Positions 53,101-61,912 are shown, counted from the first letter of the stretch. The stretch: 64,000 nucleotides of DNA from Tabrizicola sp. (GCF_041919135.1 NZ_JAYRUJ010000011.1:8786-72785); one strand, 5' to 3'. Numbers and translations are program-made. The notes: a model not told the origin generated them from the letters alone.

Positions 53101-53564
53101 TGGTGCGGGATCGAGCTGGACTTGCAGGTGTGGTCATCCCCGGCGATCGCCAGCACGCCGCCATGCGGGGCGGTGCCCGCCGCGTTCGCGTGCTTGAACA
53201 CATCGCCCGAGCGATCCACGCCCGGACCCTTGCCATACCAGATGCCCAGGACCCCGTCCTTGCGCGCGCCCTTCGACAGATGCACCTGCTGGCTGCCCCA
53301 GACCGCCGTGGCGGCCAGGTCCTCGTTCAGGCCCGGCTGGAACACCACCCCATGCCGGTCCAGGAACTTCCGCGCCTTGACCAGCTGCTGGTCATAGCCG
53401 CCCAGCGGAGAGCCGCGATAGCCTGAGATGAAACAGCCGGTGTCCAGCCCCGCCGCCCGGTCGCGGCGCATCTGCGTCATCGGCAGGCGGACCAGGGCCT
53501 GCGTCCCGGTCATGAAGACCGAACCCGCCTCGGCCGCGTATTTGTCGTCAAGCGAGATGGCCAT
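50121..53564 (-). CDS. Fused IorAB-type indolepyruvate/2-oxoacid:ferredoxin oxidoreductase family protein
   Basis: SGYRGSPLGG, WYGKGPGVDR, GIGCH, GDGT TPP motif, CEGCGDC Fe-S motif, GVGGTG; 1147 aa. Confidence 0.93.
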   Translation of the reverse strand: MAISLDDKYAAEAGSVFMTGTQALVRLPMTQMRRDRAAGLDTGCFISGYRGSPLGGYDQQLVKARKFLDRHGVVFQPGLNEDLAATAVWGSQQVHLSKGARKDGVLGIWYGKGPGVDRSGDVFKHANAAGTAPHGGVLAIAGDDHTCKSSSIPHQSDHAFISALMPMLYPSSIHEFLEMGLLGIAMSRYSGCWVGFKVISETVEISSVVDLAQEARQFVLPADFELPPGGLGLRWPDPPLVQDERLQEHKGYAAIAFARANGVDRLITTHGRDRFGIVASGKAYEDVRQALAELGLGAAEQAVIGLRLYKVRMPWPLEPEGIRAFSQGLEEVLVVEERREIIENQIKQELFNWRSDVRPRIVGKFDEKDQPFLSLSAGLTVARVAGAIAERLLRLDLPESLAAHLRSRAEALHRAEARAADHVPPVLRVPYYCAGCPHNTSTRVPEGSTAMAGIGCHYMAIWMDRRTETLSQMGGEGVPWIAIRHFTDEKHRFVNLGDGTYFHSGHLAIRQSVAAGANVTYKILFNDAVAMTGGQPIDGVLTPEQITHLVHNERVARVILMSDRPEAYRAADLAKGTEVRHRDEIDAVMLELREVPGVTVIVYEQTCAAEKRRRRKRGEMADPAMRLWINPAVCEGCGDCSETSNCVAVEPLETDLGRKRRINQSACNKDYSCLKGFCPSFVTVRGGALRKARPQAGADVSSLPEPVLPKIERAWNLALAGVGGTGVLTISAILGMAAHVDGKIPMVLDMAGLAQKGGAVMSNVRISRPDRPIAAPRIAAGSADLLLAADSVVAASKDSILLCDPARTEVVLNTRITPVSDFIRHRDFDFKEAQVEASVARAARSSRNFLNFSALARALTGDEIGANLMMVGYAWQLGLIPLARDSILQAIALNGTAVQSTTDAFNWGRLLAHDPARIMALAGEAGAPEPPALAVLIDRRAAHLRAYQDAALADRYRARLERIGRAADRIGAGALTRTAAETYAKVLAYKDEYEVARLYSDPAFRAGLEAEFEGPYRIALNLAPPILPGKAADGRPRKREFGPWILPVLGLLARLKRLRGTWADPFGHTADRRMERRLIALYEADLDLAERVLSPETLPLLHELLTLPQEIRGYGPVKEAAFARQMERREALRAALQETRPLATAAE

Positions 53565-53745
53565 GCGCGCGTCCTTTCTCCCGGACCCCTGTGGCAACAC
53601 CCTAGAACCGGCCGGAGGGACAAGGTCTCTATTGTCGACCTTCTTGTCGGCAACTTTGGAACACCGTACCTGTTCCTTGCGTCCTCAGGGCAATATGGTG
53701 TTCTGCCGGGCAGGTTTCCACCTGCCTGTCGCTTCAGGAGGAAAG

Positions 53746-54204
53746 ATGCAGCTGGACGAACCCGACCGCCGCATCCTGCGTGCCCTGCAGGATAGGCCCG
53801 AACTGACCCTGCGCGAACTGGGCGAGGTCACCGGCCTCAGCCATTCGCCCTGCTGGCGGCGGCTCAAGCGGTTGCAGGACGAGGGGGCGATCAGCCCTAG
53901 GCGCTTTGTCGTCGACCCCGAGGCGGTCGGGTTCGAGATCCTGGTCCTGTGCTTCGTCAAGATCTCGCACCACCAGCGCGACCGCCTGCGCGCCTTCGAG
54001 GAGGCAGTGGTCAAGGTGCCCGAGGTCATGCAGTGCCATTCGCTGAGCGGCGAATACGACTATGTGCTGCAGGTCGTGGCGACCAGCGTGCGCGACTACG
54101 AGGCGACGGTGAAGAACGCGCTGGTCGAGTTGCCCAATGTGCAGTCGATCAACACCAGCTTCACGTTGAAGCGGGTCAAGCACACGCTGAACGTGCCGGT
54201 CTAG
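53746..54204 (+). CDS. Lrp/AsnC family regulator
   Basis: LDEPDRRIL..LQ, SPCWRRLKRL, SGEYDY; divergent from the IOR gene. Confidence 0.95.
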   Translation: MQLDEPDRRILRALQDRPELTLRELGEVTGLSHSPCWRRLKRLQDEGAISPRRFVVDPEAVGFEILVLCFVKISHHQRDRLRAFEEAVVKVPEVMQCHSLSGEYDYVLQVVATSVRDYEATVKNALVELPNVQSINTSFTLKRVKHTLNVPV

Positions 54205-54268
54205 AAATCCGCCTTCAGTCCGCGCGGGCGCCGGTGCATCCTGTGCGCGGATGCAAGGGAGGCACCGG

Positions 54269-54910
54269 ATGCGCACGTTACTGCTGTACGGCGACAGCAA
54301 CACCCATGGCACGATGCCGATGCAGGGGCTTGGGGTCTCGGGCCGTTTCCCGCGCGACGACCGCTGGCCGGGGCGGCTGGCGAAGCTTCTGCCCGGTTGG
54401 GAGGTGATCGCCGAGGGGCACCCGGGCCGCACCACGCTGCATGACGACCCGGTCGAGGGGGCGCATCGCAACGGGCTGACCGTGCTGCCCGCGATCCTGG
54501 AAAGCCACCGGCCGGTGGATGTGGTCCTTCTGATGCTGGGGACCAATGACCTGAAGGCGCGGTTCTCGGTCACCGCAAGCGACATCGCCCTGTCGCTGGA
54601 GCGGCTGGTGCGGGTGATCCGCGCCTCGGAGGCGGGGCCGGGGCGGGGGGCTCCGGGCGTGCTGCTGGTGGCGCCGCCGCCGATCGTGGAGGTCGGCTGC
54701 CTTGCCGGCATGTTCGCCGGGGGGGCGGCGAAGTCGCAGGCCCTTGCGGCCGAGATCCGGGCGGCGGCGACGCGGCTGGATGTGCCGTTCCTCGACGCGG
54801 GCGCGGTGGTCCGGGTCTCGCCCATCGACGGGATCCACTATGACCCCGAGGCGAATCCGGCCCTGGCCGAAGCTTTCGCCGTCGCAATCCGCCAGAATTT
54901 TCCCGGTTGA
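54269..54910 (+). CDS. SGNH/GDSL hydrolase (arylesterase-like)
   Basis: YGDSNTHG, GRTT, MLGTND, DGIH. Confidence 0.93.
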   Translation: MRTLLLYGDSNTHGTMPMQGLGVSGRFPRDDRWPGRLAKLLPGWEVIAEGHPGRTTLHDDPVEGAHRNGLTVLPAILESHRPVDVVLLMLGTNDLKARFSVTASDIALSLERLVRVIRASEAGPGRGAPGVLLVAPPPIVEVGCLAGMFAGGAAKSQALAAEIRAAATRLDVPFLDAGAVVRVSPIDGIHYDPEANPALAEAFAVAIRQNFPG

Positions 54911-54972
54911 GGTCGGGATCGAACTTGCCCGCGTCAGGCTTCGACCGCAGGATCGGCCGAGGAGGACCAGCC

Positions 54973-56106
54973 ATGACCAGCCACGATACCGCCCTTGCCG
55001 CCATCGCCGAATTGCGCGCCAATGTCTCGGTGCCCTTCGAACGGGCGCAGGCGATGCCGAAGGCGGTCTATACCTCGCCCGAGTTCGCCCGTGCCGAACA
55101 GGAGCATATCTTCGCGAAGGAATGGCTTTGCGCCGGGCGGGCCGATGCGCTGGCCAATCCCGGCGACTATCTGACGATGACCATCGCGGGCGAGCCGGTG
55201 ATCATCCTGCGCGACCGCGAGGGCGCCCTGCGCGGCATGTCCAACGTCTGCCGCCACCGGATGAGCACCCTGCTGGAGGGCCGGGGCAATGTGCGGTCGA
55301 TCGTCTGCCCCTATCATGCCTGGACCTACAATCTGGATGGCTCGCTCAGGGGCGCCCCGGCGATGGCGCGGAACGAGGGGTTCTGCAAGGAGGACGTCAA
55401 GCTTCCCGCCATCCGGGTCGAGGACTGGCAGGGCTGGATCATGGTGACGCTGAACGAACACGCCCCGCCGGTGGCCGAGCGTCTGGCGGGGGTGGACCGG
55501 CTGGTCGGCCACCTGCCGATGAAGGACTACCGCGAGGTCTTTCGCGAGGAATTCCGCTGGGACACCAACTGGAAGGTGCTGGCCGAGAATTTCATGGAAA
55601 GCTACCACCTGCCGGTCTGCCATGCGGGCACCATCGGCGGGGCCTCGGACCTGAACAAGATGGAATGCCCCGAGGGCGAGGAAGCCTTCAACCATCACTG
55701 GATCATCAAGAACGACATGGTCCCGCTGGCGCTGGCGCATCCGTCGAACACCACGCTTCAAGGGGATGACCGGCGGATCACCTGGCTTCTGGCGATCTAC
55801 CCCTCGCTCCTCATCACCCTGACGCCGGGCTATTTCTGGTATCTTTCGCTCACGGCCGACGGGCCGGGCTCGGTGCGGGTGCTGTTCGGCGGCGGCATGA
55901 GCGCCGAATGGATGGCCGACCCCGAGGCGGAGCGGCATCTGGCCAGCGTGAAGGCGCTGCTCGACGACGTGAACGTCGAGGACAAGGGCTGCGTCGAGAA
56001 GGTCTGGAAGGGGCTGTGCGCCGGCATGTCCTCGCCCGGATCGCTAAGCCATCTGGAGCGGCCGAACTACGATTTCGCCCGCTACATCGCCAGCCGGATG
56101 CCGTAG
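54973..56106 (+). CDS. Rieske non-heme iron oxygenase alpha subunit
   Basis: CRH...CPYHAWTY Rieske motif; ENFMESYHLPVCH and distal ED for mononuclear iron. Confidence 0.92.
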   Translation: MTSHDTALAAIAELRANVSVPFERAQAMPKAVYTSPEFARAEQEHIFAKEWLCAGRADALANPGDYLTMTIAGEPVIILRDREGALRGMSNVCRHRMSTLLEGRGNVRSIVCPYHAWTYNLDGSLRGAPAMARNEGFCKEDVKLPAIRVEDWQGWIMVTLNEHAPPVAERLAGVDRLVGHLPMKDYREVFREEFRWDTNWKVLAENFMESYHLPVCHAGTIGGASDLNKMECPEGEEAFNHHWIIKNDMVPLALAHPSNTTLQGDDRRITWLLAIYPSLLITLTPGYFWYLSLTADGPGSVRVLFGGGMSAEWMADPEAERHLASVKALLDDVNVEDKGCVEKVWKGLCAGMSSPGSLSHLERPNYDFARYIASRMP

Positions 56107-56146
56107 GGGCTTGACCCCGGCGCAGGAGGCGTCACCTATCCGGGGC

Positions 56147-56854
56147 ATGACGCAGCATGCCCTGATCGTGGCCCATGGCCAGCCCTCGGACCCCCGCCCT
56201 GCCGCCGAGGCGCTGGAGGATCTGGCGGTGCAGGTGCAGGCGCTGCTCCCCGACCGGAAGGTTGCCGCCGCGACGCTGGCCGAACCCGGCGCACTGGCCC
56301 GGGCGGTGGCGGGCCGTGCGGGCGGCGTGATCTTCCCGATGTTCATGGCGGGCGGGTGGTTCACCCGGGTGCAGATCCCCGAGCGGCTGGCCGAAGCGGG
56401 GGCGGAGGGCTGGCGGGTGCTGGAACCCTTGGGCTGCGATCCGGCGGTGCATGACCTGTGTGTGACGCTGGTGCGCGAGGCGGGCGCGGACCGGGTGGTC
56501 CTTGCGGCGCATGGGTCGTTCAAGTCGCCCGCTCCGTCACGGATCGCGCGGCATGTGGCCGGGCGGATCGGCGCGGAAACCGGGGCGGAGGTTCTGGTCG
56601 GGTTCATCGACCAGGCGCCGCAACTGTCGACCCTGCCGGGCGGCGCGGGGATCTGCCTGCCGTTCTTCGCCGCCGGGGGCGATCATGTCGGCGAGGATGT
56701 GCCCGCCGCCCTGGCCAAGGCCGGGTTCCGGGGGCGCATCCTGCCGCCGGTGGGGCTGGACGCGCGGGTGCCGGGGATCGTCGCGGCCGCGATCACGCGG
56801 GGCGAGGCGGTCTGCGCGGGGGCCTGCCGCTGGGCGAAGGGCCAAAATCCTTAA
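56147..56854 (+). CDS. CbiX/SirB family chelatase-like protein
   Basis: IVAHGQP, PMFMAGGWF, LAAHGS, PFFA..GDHV. Confidence 0.82.
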   Translation: MTQHALIVAHGQPSDPRPAAEALEDLAVQVQALLPDRKVAAATLAEPGALARAVAGRAGGVIFPMFMAGGWFTRVQIPERLAEAGAEGWRVLEPLGCDPAVHDLCVTLVREAGADRVVLAAHGSFKSPAPSRIARHVAGRIGAETGAEVLVGFIDQAPQLSTLPGGAGICLPFFAAGGDHVGEDVPAALAKAGFRGRILPPVGLDARVPGIVAAAITRGEAVCAGACRWAKGQNP

Positions 56855-56891
56855 GCAAGGATTTTGACAAATTTCTTGCTCAAGAAATTTG
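56843..56891. repeat. Tandem double hairpin
   Basis: CAAAATCCTT-aagc-AAGGATTTTG a CAAATTTCTT-gctc-AAGAAATTTG between convergent genes. Confidence 0.75.
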
Positions 56892-56901
56892 GGCCGCAAC
56901 C

Positions 56902-58290
56902 TCAGACCGTGTGCAGGTAGAGGTCGAAGTCCACCTCGCTGACCGTCCGCATCACGCGGGCATATTCCGCCGCCATGATCGCGGTGAAGGTGCGGTGCAT
57001 GTCCTCGCCCAGCGCATCCCGCAGGAATTCCGACCGTTTCGCGGCCTCGATGGCGGATTTCCAGTCCGACGGGATGCCGGCGTTGTCCTCGTCGGCATAG
57101 CCGTTGCCGGTGGTCTCGGGGCCGGGGTCGATCTGCTCCTTCATGCCCTTGCGCACGCCCGCCAGCACGGTGGCGGCCACCAGATAGGGATTCGCGTCCA
57201 CTCCCGCCGGGCGATGCTCGATCCGGCGGGCCTTGATGTCACCCGCGGGGATGCGCAGCGCGACCGAGCGGTTGTTGACGCCCCAGGTCGGGCTGACGGG
57301 GGCATAGGACTGGCTGGCGAAGCGGCGCCAGCTGTTCGCGTGGGGCGCGAAGACCAGCATCGATTCGCCCATCGTCTGCTTGAGCCCGCCAAGCGCGTGC
57401 AGGATGGTGGGGTTCCAATGGCCCTCGTCCTGCTCGACAAAGACGTTCCTGCCCGCATCGTCCAGCATCGAGACGTGGAAATGCATGCCGGACCCGGCGT
57501 AGTTCTCGTTCGGCTTGGCCATGAAGCAGGCGACGACGCCATGCGCGCGGGCCTGTGCCCGGACGATGCGCTTCAGCCGCATCAGGTCGTCGGCGGCCTG
57601 CATCACGTCGGTGCGGTAGTGCAGCGTCAGTTCATACTGGCCGGGGGCGTATTCCGAGATCAGCGTTTCGGCCTTGATCCCGGCTTTCTCCGCCCCGGCG
57701 TAGATGTCGGAGAAGAGCGGCAGCATCCCGTGCAGGTGGTCGACGGAATAGACCTCGGTCTTGTGGCTGGCGCGGCGGTCAAGGACGTCGCGGGCGGGCT
57801 GCATCTTGCCGTCCGGGCCGCGTTCGGGGTCGAGGAGGAAGAACTCCAGCTCGAAGGCGCCAGCCGGATGCAGGCCGTCCTTGGCCAGGAGGTCCACCTG
57901 CCGTTGCAGCGCGTGGCGGGGGTCCGAGGTCATCGGCGCGCCGTCGAGGGTGTACATCGACATGAACACCTCGCCGCGCGGCGGCTGGGTGTTGTGCAAG
58001 GGCTTCAGCGTGCCGGGAACCGGCCAGGCGCGCAGGTCGCCGTCGCCCTGGTCCCAGATCAGGCCGGTCTCGTGGACGTCCTCGCCACAGATGTCGAGGC
58101 CGAGGATGGAAATCGGCAGATGGCGGCCATTATTGTAAAAGGACAAAAGCTCATGGCGCCGGATGATCTTTCCCCGGCCGATCCCGTTGGCATCATGCAG
58201 GATAATGTCAAAAGCCTCGATCTCGGGATGGGCGGCGAGGAAGGCTTCGGCCTCGGCGGGGGTGGAACCGGAGGGGCTGTGCGTGGTCAT
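56902..58290 (-). CDS. Glutamine synthetase family protein (gamma-glutamyl-amine ligase-like)
   Basis: GIGRGK, ELEF, SEYAPGQYE, FMAKP..AGSGMHFH, WG.NNRS..LR, RIEHR. Confidence 0.92.
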   Translation of the reverse strand: MTTHSPSGSTPAEAEAFLAAHPEIEAFDIILHDANGIGRGKIIRRHELLSFYNNGRHLPISILGLDICGEDVHETGLIWDQGDGDLRAWPVPGTLKPLHNTQPPRGEVFMSMYTLDGAPMTSDPRHALQRQVDLLAKDGLHPAGAFELEFFLLDPERGPDGKMQPARDVLDRRASHKTEVYSVDHLHGMLPLFSDIYAGAEKAGIKAETLISEYAPGQYELTLHYRTDVMQAADDLMRLKRIVRAQARAHGVVACFMAKPNENYAGSGMHFHVSMLDDAGRNVFVEQDEGHWNPTILHALGGLKQTMGESMLVFAPHANSWRRFASQSYAPVSPTWGVNNRSVALRIPAGDIKARRIEHRPAGVDANPYLVAATVLAGVRKGMKEQIDPGPETTGNGYADEDNAGIPSDWKSAIEAAKRSEFLRDALGEDMHRTFTAIMAAEYARVMRTVSEVDFDLYLHTV

Positions 58291-58293
58291 TTT

Positions 58294-59667
58294 TCAGGCT
58301 GCCTGGAAAAGCTGGGAAAGGATAGCGTCGAAACTGGCGATCAGGCGGTCGACCTGCGCCTTCTTCGTCGCCGGGCTGATGAGCATCATGTTGTGGAAGG
58401 GCGCGATGAGGGTGCCCCGGTTGATGAGGCCGGTGTGGATCGCGGCCTCGACCTGCGGGTGGTGGGCGAAACCGGCCTCGGTGCCGTTCTTCAAGGGGCC
58501 GGGGGCGCAGATGAACTCCACCCGCGCGCCGACGCGGATGACATGCCAGGGGGCGCGGTGGCGGTCGATGACGCGCTTCAACCCGTGGGCAAGACGTTCG
58601 GCCAGTTTCTCCATATGGGCGTAGTTTTCCGGGGTCATCACTTCGGACAGGTTGGCGACCAGACAGGCGAACTGCATCGGGTTGGCGGAAAGCGTGGTGC
58701 CCATGCCGGTGCGACCGGGTTCGCGTTTCGCATCCGCCTCCTCGTACCGCTTCGCGGTCTCGTCGGTCAGGCCCCAGACTGCAGTCGGCATCCCGCCCGC
58801 GACGCATTTGCCGACGACGAAGATGTCGGGCCGCAGCGAATGGACGCGGGTATAGCCGCCAAGGCCGGAGGAGATCGTGTGCGTCTCGTCCATGATCAGC
58901 AGCGCGCCGTATTTCAGCGACAGCTGGCGGAGACCGTCGTGGAACCCGGCTTCGGGCAGGACCATGCAGGAGTTGGTCATCACGGGTTCGGTCAGGATCG
59001 CGGCGACGTCACCCTCGGCGAGCGCGGCCTCGACGCTGCCCAGGTCGTTGAATTCGCAACAGACTGCGGTCTGTGTCAGGTCATTCACCTGGCCGAGCAG
59101 GCCGGGGGAGTTGACCGTCCTGCCGTTTTCCAGGCTGACGAAAGTGTCATCCACCGTGCCGTGGTAGCAGCCGTTGAACACCAGCACCTTGGGCTTGCCG
59201 GTGATCGCCCGGGCGACGCGCAGCGCAAAGCGGTTGGCGTCGGTGGCGGTGGTGGCGACCTGCCAGCGGAAATCACCGAAACGCTCGGTCAGGAGGCGGC
59301 CCGCCTCCAGTGCGGCCTCGGTCGGCAGCATGTAGGTCAGGCCGCGGCGGGCCTGATGCCGGATGGCCTTTGCCACCGGGGCGGGGGAATGGCCGAACAT
59401 CGACCCGGTGTCGCCAAGGCAGAAGTCGTCAAGCTTCACCCCGTCGATGTCCCAGATCTGCGCGCCCTGGGCTTTCGCGACCAGCGGCAGATGCGGCATC
59501 GGCCAGTCGGCCATCCAGTGCATCGGCACGCGGCCAAGAAAGACGTCAGCGTCTTTCGCCAGCGCCTTGGCGGATTTCGGACGGGCCTTGGCATAGGCCG
59601 CAGCCTCGCGTGCGGCGTAAGCGGCAAGGCGGTCGGTACTTATTCCGGCGATGGTTTCGGCAGGCAT
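58294..59667 (-). CDS. Class III PLP aminotransferase (GSA-aminomutase-like)
   Basis: LGDTGSMFGH, CYHG, TEP, MDETH, VGKCVAGG, GTTLSAN. Confidence 0.9.
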   Translation of the reverse strand: MPAETIAGISTDRLAAYAAREAAAYAKARPKSAKALAKDADVFLGRVPMHWMADWPMPHLPLVAKAQGAQIWDIDGVKLDDFCLGDTGSMFGHSPAPVAKAIRHQARRGLTYMLPTEAALEAGRLLTERFGDFRWQVATTATDANRFALRVARAITGKPKVLVFNGCYHGTVDDTFVSLENGRTVNSPGLLGQVNDLTQTAVCCEFNDLGSVEAALAEGDVAAILTEPVMTNSCMVLPEAGFHDGLRQLSLKYGALLIMDETHTISSGLGGYTRVHSLRPDIFVVGKCVAGGMPTAVWGLTDETAKRYEEADAKREPGRTGMGTTLSANPMQFACLVANLSEVMTPENYAHMEKLAERLAHGLKRVIDRHRAPWHVIRVGARVEFICAPGPLKNGTEAGFAHHPQVEAAIHTGLINRGTLIAPFHNMMLISPATKKAQVDRLIASFDAILSQLFQAA

Positions 59668-59705
59668 GGCAGGCCCCTTGGGACGTCGCCGCGTTTATGC
59701 GCCTG

Positions 59706-59719
59706 AATTTGATCAAATT
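59706..59719. promoter_or_regulatory. Palindromic candidate operator upstream of the aminotransferase-GS operon
   Basis: AATTTGATCAAATT perfect 14-bp palindrome about 40 bp before the start. Confidence 0.5.
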
Positions 59720-59758
59720 GCAAGCGCCTCGTCACGCGTTGAACGGCTTGGCGCGCTG

Positions 59759-60922
59759 TCAGGCCCAGTCGCCTTCGAAATCCCTCGGCACCAACAGGTT
59801 GTGACGGCCCATCGCCTTGACGTCGCGTTCGCCGCACAGCGCCATGGTGATGTCCATCTCCTTGCGGATCACCTCCAGCGCGGCGGTCACGCCCTTCTCG
59901 CCCATCGCGCCAAGGCCGTGGATATAGGCCCGGCCGATCATCGTGCCCCTGGCGCCGAGGCTGAGCGCCTTCAGCACGTCCTGGCCCGAACGGATGCCCG
60001 AATCCAGCCAGACCTCGGTCCGGTCGCCGATCGCCCGGGCAATCGAGGGCAGCATGCGGATCGAACTGAGCGCGCCGTCCAGTTGCCGCCCGCCGTGGTT
60101 CGAGACGATCACCGCATCGGCGCCCGCATCGGCGGCCATCCTTGCATCCTCGGGGTCGAGGACGCCCTTGAGGATGAACTTGCCCTTCCACTGGTCGCGG
60201 ATCCGGGCGACCTTGGCCCAGTCGAGCTGGGGATCGAACTGCTCGTTCGTCCAGGCGGTCAGGTCGGAAAGGCTGGTCACGCCCTTCACATGGCCGACGA
60301 TGTTGCGGAACTGCCGGCGCGGGGTCTTCAGCATGTTCAGCGACCAGCGCGGCTTCAGCGCCATGTCGATCAGGTTCGGGATCGTCGGGCGCGGCGGCGA
60401 GGTCAGGCCGTTCTTCAGGTCCTTGTGACGCTGGCCGAGGATCTGCAGGTCCAGCGTCAGCACCAGGGCGCTGCATTTCGCGGCCCGGGCGCGTTCGATG
60501 GCCGCATCGACGAAATCCTCGTCCTTCATGACGTAAAGCTGGAACCAGAACGGATCGGGGCTTGCCGCCGCGACATCCTCGATCGAACAGATCGACATGG
60601 TCGAGAGGGTGAAGGGCACCCCGGCCCTGGCTGCCGCCCGCGCCGCATGGATCTCGCCGTCGGGATGCTGCATCCCGGTCGATCCGACCGGGGCCAGCGC
60701 CACCGGCATCGAGACCTCGTGCCCGGCCATCGTGCTGGAGAGGTCACGCCCGGTCAGGTCGCGCGCGACCCGCTGGCGGAAGCGGAGCTTCGCGAAGTCC
60801 GAGGAATTCTCGTGGAAGGTCTGCTCGGTGTAGCTGCCGCTTTCGCAATAGTCCCAGAACATGCGCGGCGTGCGCTTTTGGTGCAGGCGCTTCAGATCCT
60901 CGATGCAGGTGATCACGGGCAT
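59759..60922 (-). CDS. lldD: FMN-dependent alpha-hydroxy acid dehydrogenase (L-lactate dehydrogenase-like)
   Basis: MPVITCIEDL, ILKG, SNHGGRQLD, DSGIRSGQD. Confidence 0.88.
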   Translation of the reverse strand: MPVITCIEDLKRLHQKRTPRMFWDYCESGSYTEQTFHENSSDFAKLRFRQRVARDLTGRDLSSTMAGHEVSMPVALAPVGSTGMQHPDGEIHAARAAARAGVPFTLSTMSICSIEDVAAASPDPFWFQLYVMKDEDFVDAAIERARAAKCSALVLTLDLQILGQRHKDLKNGLTSPPRPTIPNLIDMALKPRWSLNMLKTPRRQFRNIVGHVKGVTSLSDLTAWTNEQFDPQLDWAKVARIRDQWKGKFILKGVLDPEDARMAADAGADAVIVSNHGGRQLDGALSSIRMLPSIARAIGDRTEVWLDSGIRSGQDVLKALSLGARGTMIGRAYIHGLGAMGEKGVTAALEVIRKEMDITMALCGERDVKAMGRHNLLVPRDFEGDWA

Positions 60923-60938
60923 GGGCGGTGGCTCCCGA

Positions 60939-60963
60939 TATTGGTCAATTCCTGTTACCAATA
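60939..60963. promoter_or_regulatory. Candidate GntR/FadR (LldR/GlcC-like) operator
   Basis: TATTGGT-N11-ACCAATA immediately upstream of lldD. Confidence 0.55.
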
Positions 60964-61002
60964 TTGCGGGCTTCCGTCCATACGTCCGGCACGGGCGCAA
61001 CA

Positions 61003-61047
61003 CCGGAATTCGAACGAATTCCGGACCGATTTCCGAACGGAAATCGG
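61003..61047. repeat. Tandem double hairpin
   Basis: CCGGAATTC-gaac-GAATTCCGG a CCGATTTCC-gaac-GGAAATCGG downstream of trpA. Confidence 0.75.
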
Positions 61048-61060
61048 CGTCGCGCGCGGG

Positions 61061-61852
61061 TCAGGCCGAATGTGCGCCGTCCGCCAGCGCCTTGACCCGG
61101 GCCAGCACCTGCGCGACCGGCACGCCCGCGCCGATGTCCTTGACGATGGCCGAGCCCACGACGCAGCCATCCGCCACGCCGGCGATGGTCTTCGCGGCCT
61201 CGGGCGTGTTGATGCCGAAGCCGACGATCACCGGCAGGCCGGTCGACCGCTTGATCCGCGCGACCTCCGGTCCCACGTCGGTCGCCTGCGCCGCCGCCGC
61301 CCCGGTGATGCCGGTGATCGAGACATAGTAGACGAAGCCGGAGGTGTTCTGCAGCACCTTCGGCAGGCGCTTGTCGTCGGTGGTGGGCGTCGCCAGCCGG
61401 ATGAAGTTCAGCCCGGCCTTCTGCGCCGGGATGCAAAGCTCGGCATCCTCCTCGGGCGGCAGGTCCACCACGATCAGGCCGTCGATCCCCGCCTCCAGCG
61501 CCTCGGCCAGGAAGCGGTCGACGCCGCGCGAATAGATCGGGTTGTAATAGCCCATGAGGACGATGGGCGTCCTGTCGTCCGCGGCCCGGAAGGCGCGGAC
61601 CATGGCCAGCACCCGGTCCATCTTCATGCCGCCTTCCAGCGCCCGCTGCCCGGCCGCCTGGATCGTCGGGCCGTCCGCCATCGGATCGGTGAAGGGCATC
61701 CCCAGTTCGATCACGTCCACCCCGGCGGCCGGAAGGCCCTGCATCACGGCAAGCGAGGTCGCCTCGTCGGGATCGCCGCCCATGATATAGGCGACGAAGG
61801 CCTTCTTCCCCTCGGCCTTCAGCCGCGCGAAGGTGTCGTCGATCCGTGTCAT
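61061..61852 (-). CDS. trpA: Tryptophan synthase alpha chain
   Basis: [40 protein letters not shown]. Confidence 0.98.
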   Translation of the reverse strand: MTRIDDTFARLKAEGKKAFVAYIMGGDPDEATSLAVMQGLPAAGVDVIELGMPFTDPMADGPTIQAAGQRALEGGMKMDRVLAMVRAFRAADDRTPIVLMGYYNPIYSRGVDRFLAEALEAGIDGLIVVDLPPEEDAELCIPAQKAGLNFIRLATPTTDDKRLPKVLQNTSGFVYYVSITGITGAAAAQATDVGPEVARIKRSTGLPVIVGFGINTPEAAKTIAGVADGCVVGSAIVKDIGAGVPVAQVLARVKALADGAHSA

Positions 61853-61912
61853 GGCGGTCCCCCTGCTGGTCGGCTCCATCTGCCATGGCCGAGACGGGGA
61901 AATCAATGGGAC

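Noticed and set aside
49101-53426. 1441-aa plus-strand ORF (likewise 56458-59706, 59651-62380, 6913-9363)
   Set aside because: Antisense shadows of clearly recognisable genes, with no motifs of their own
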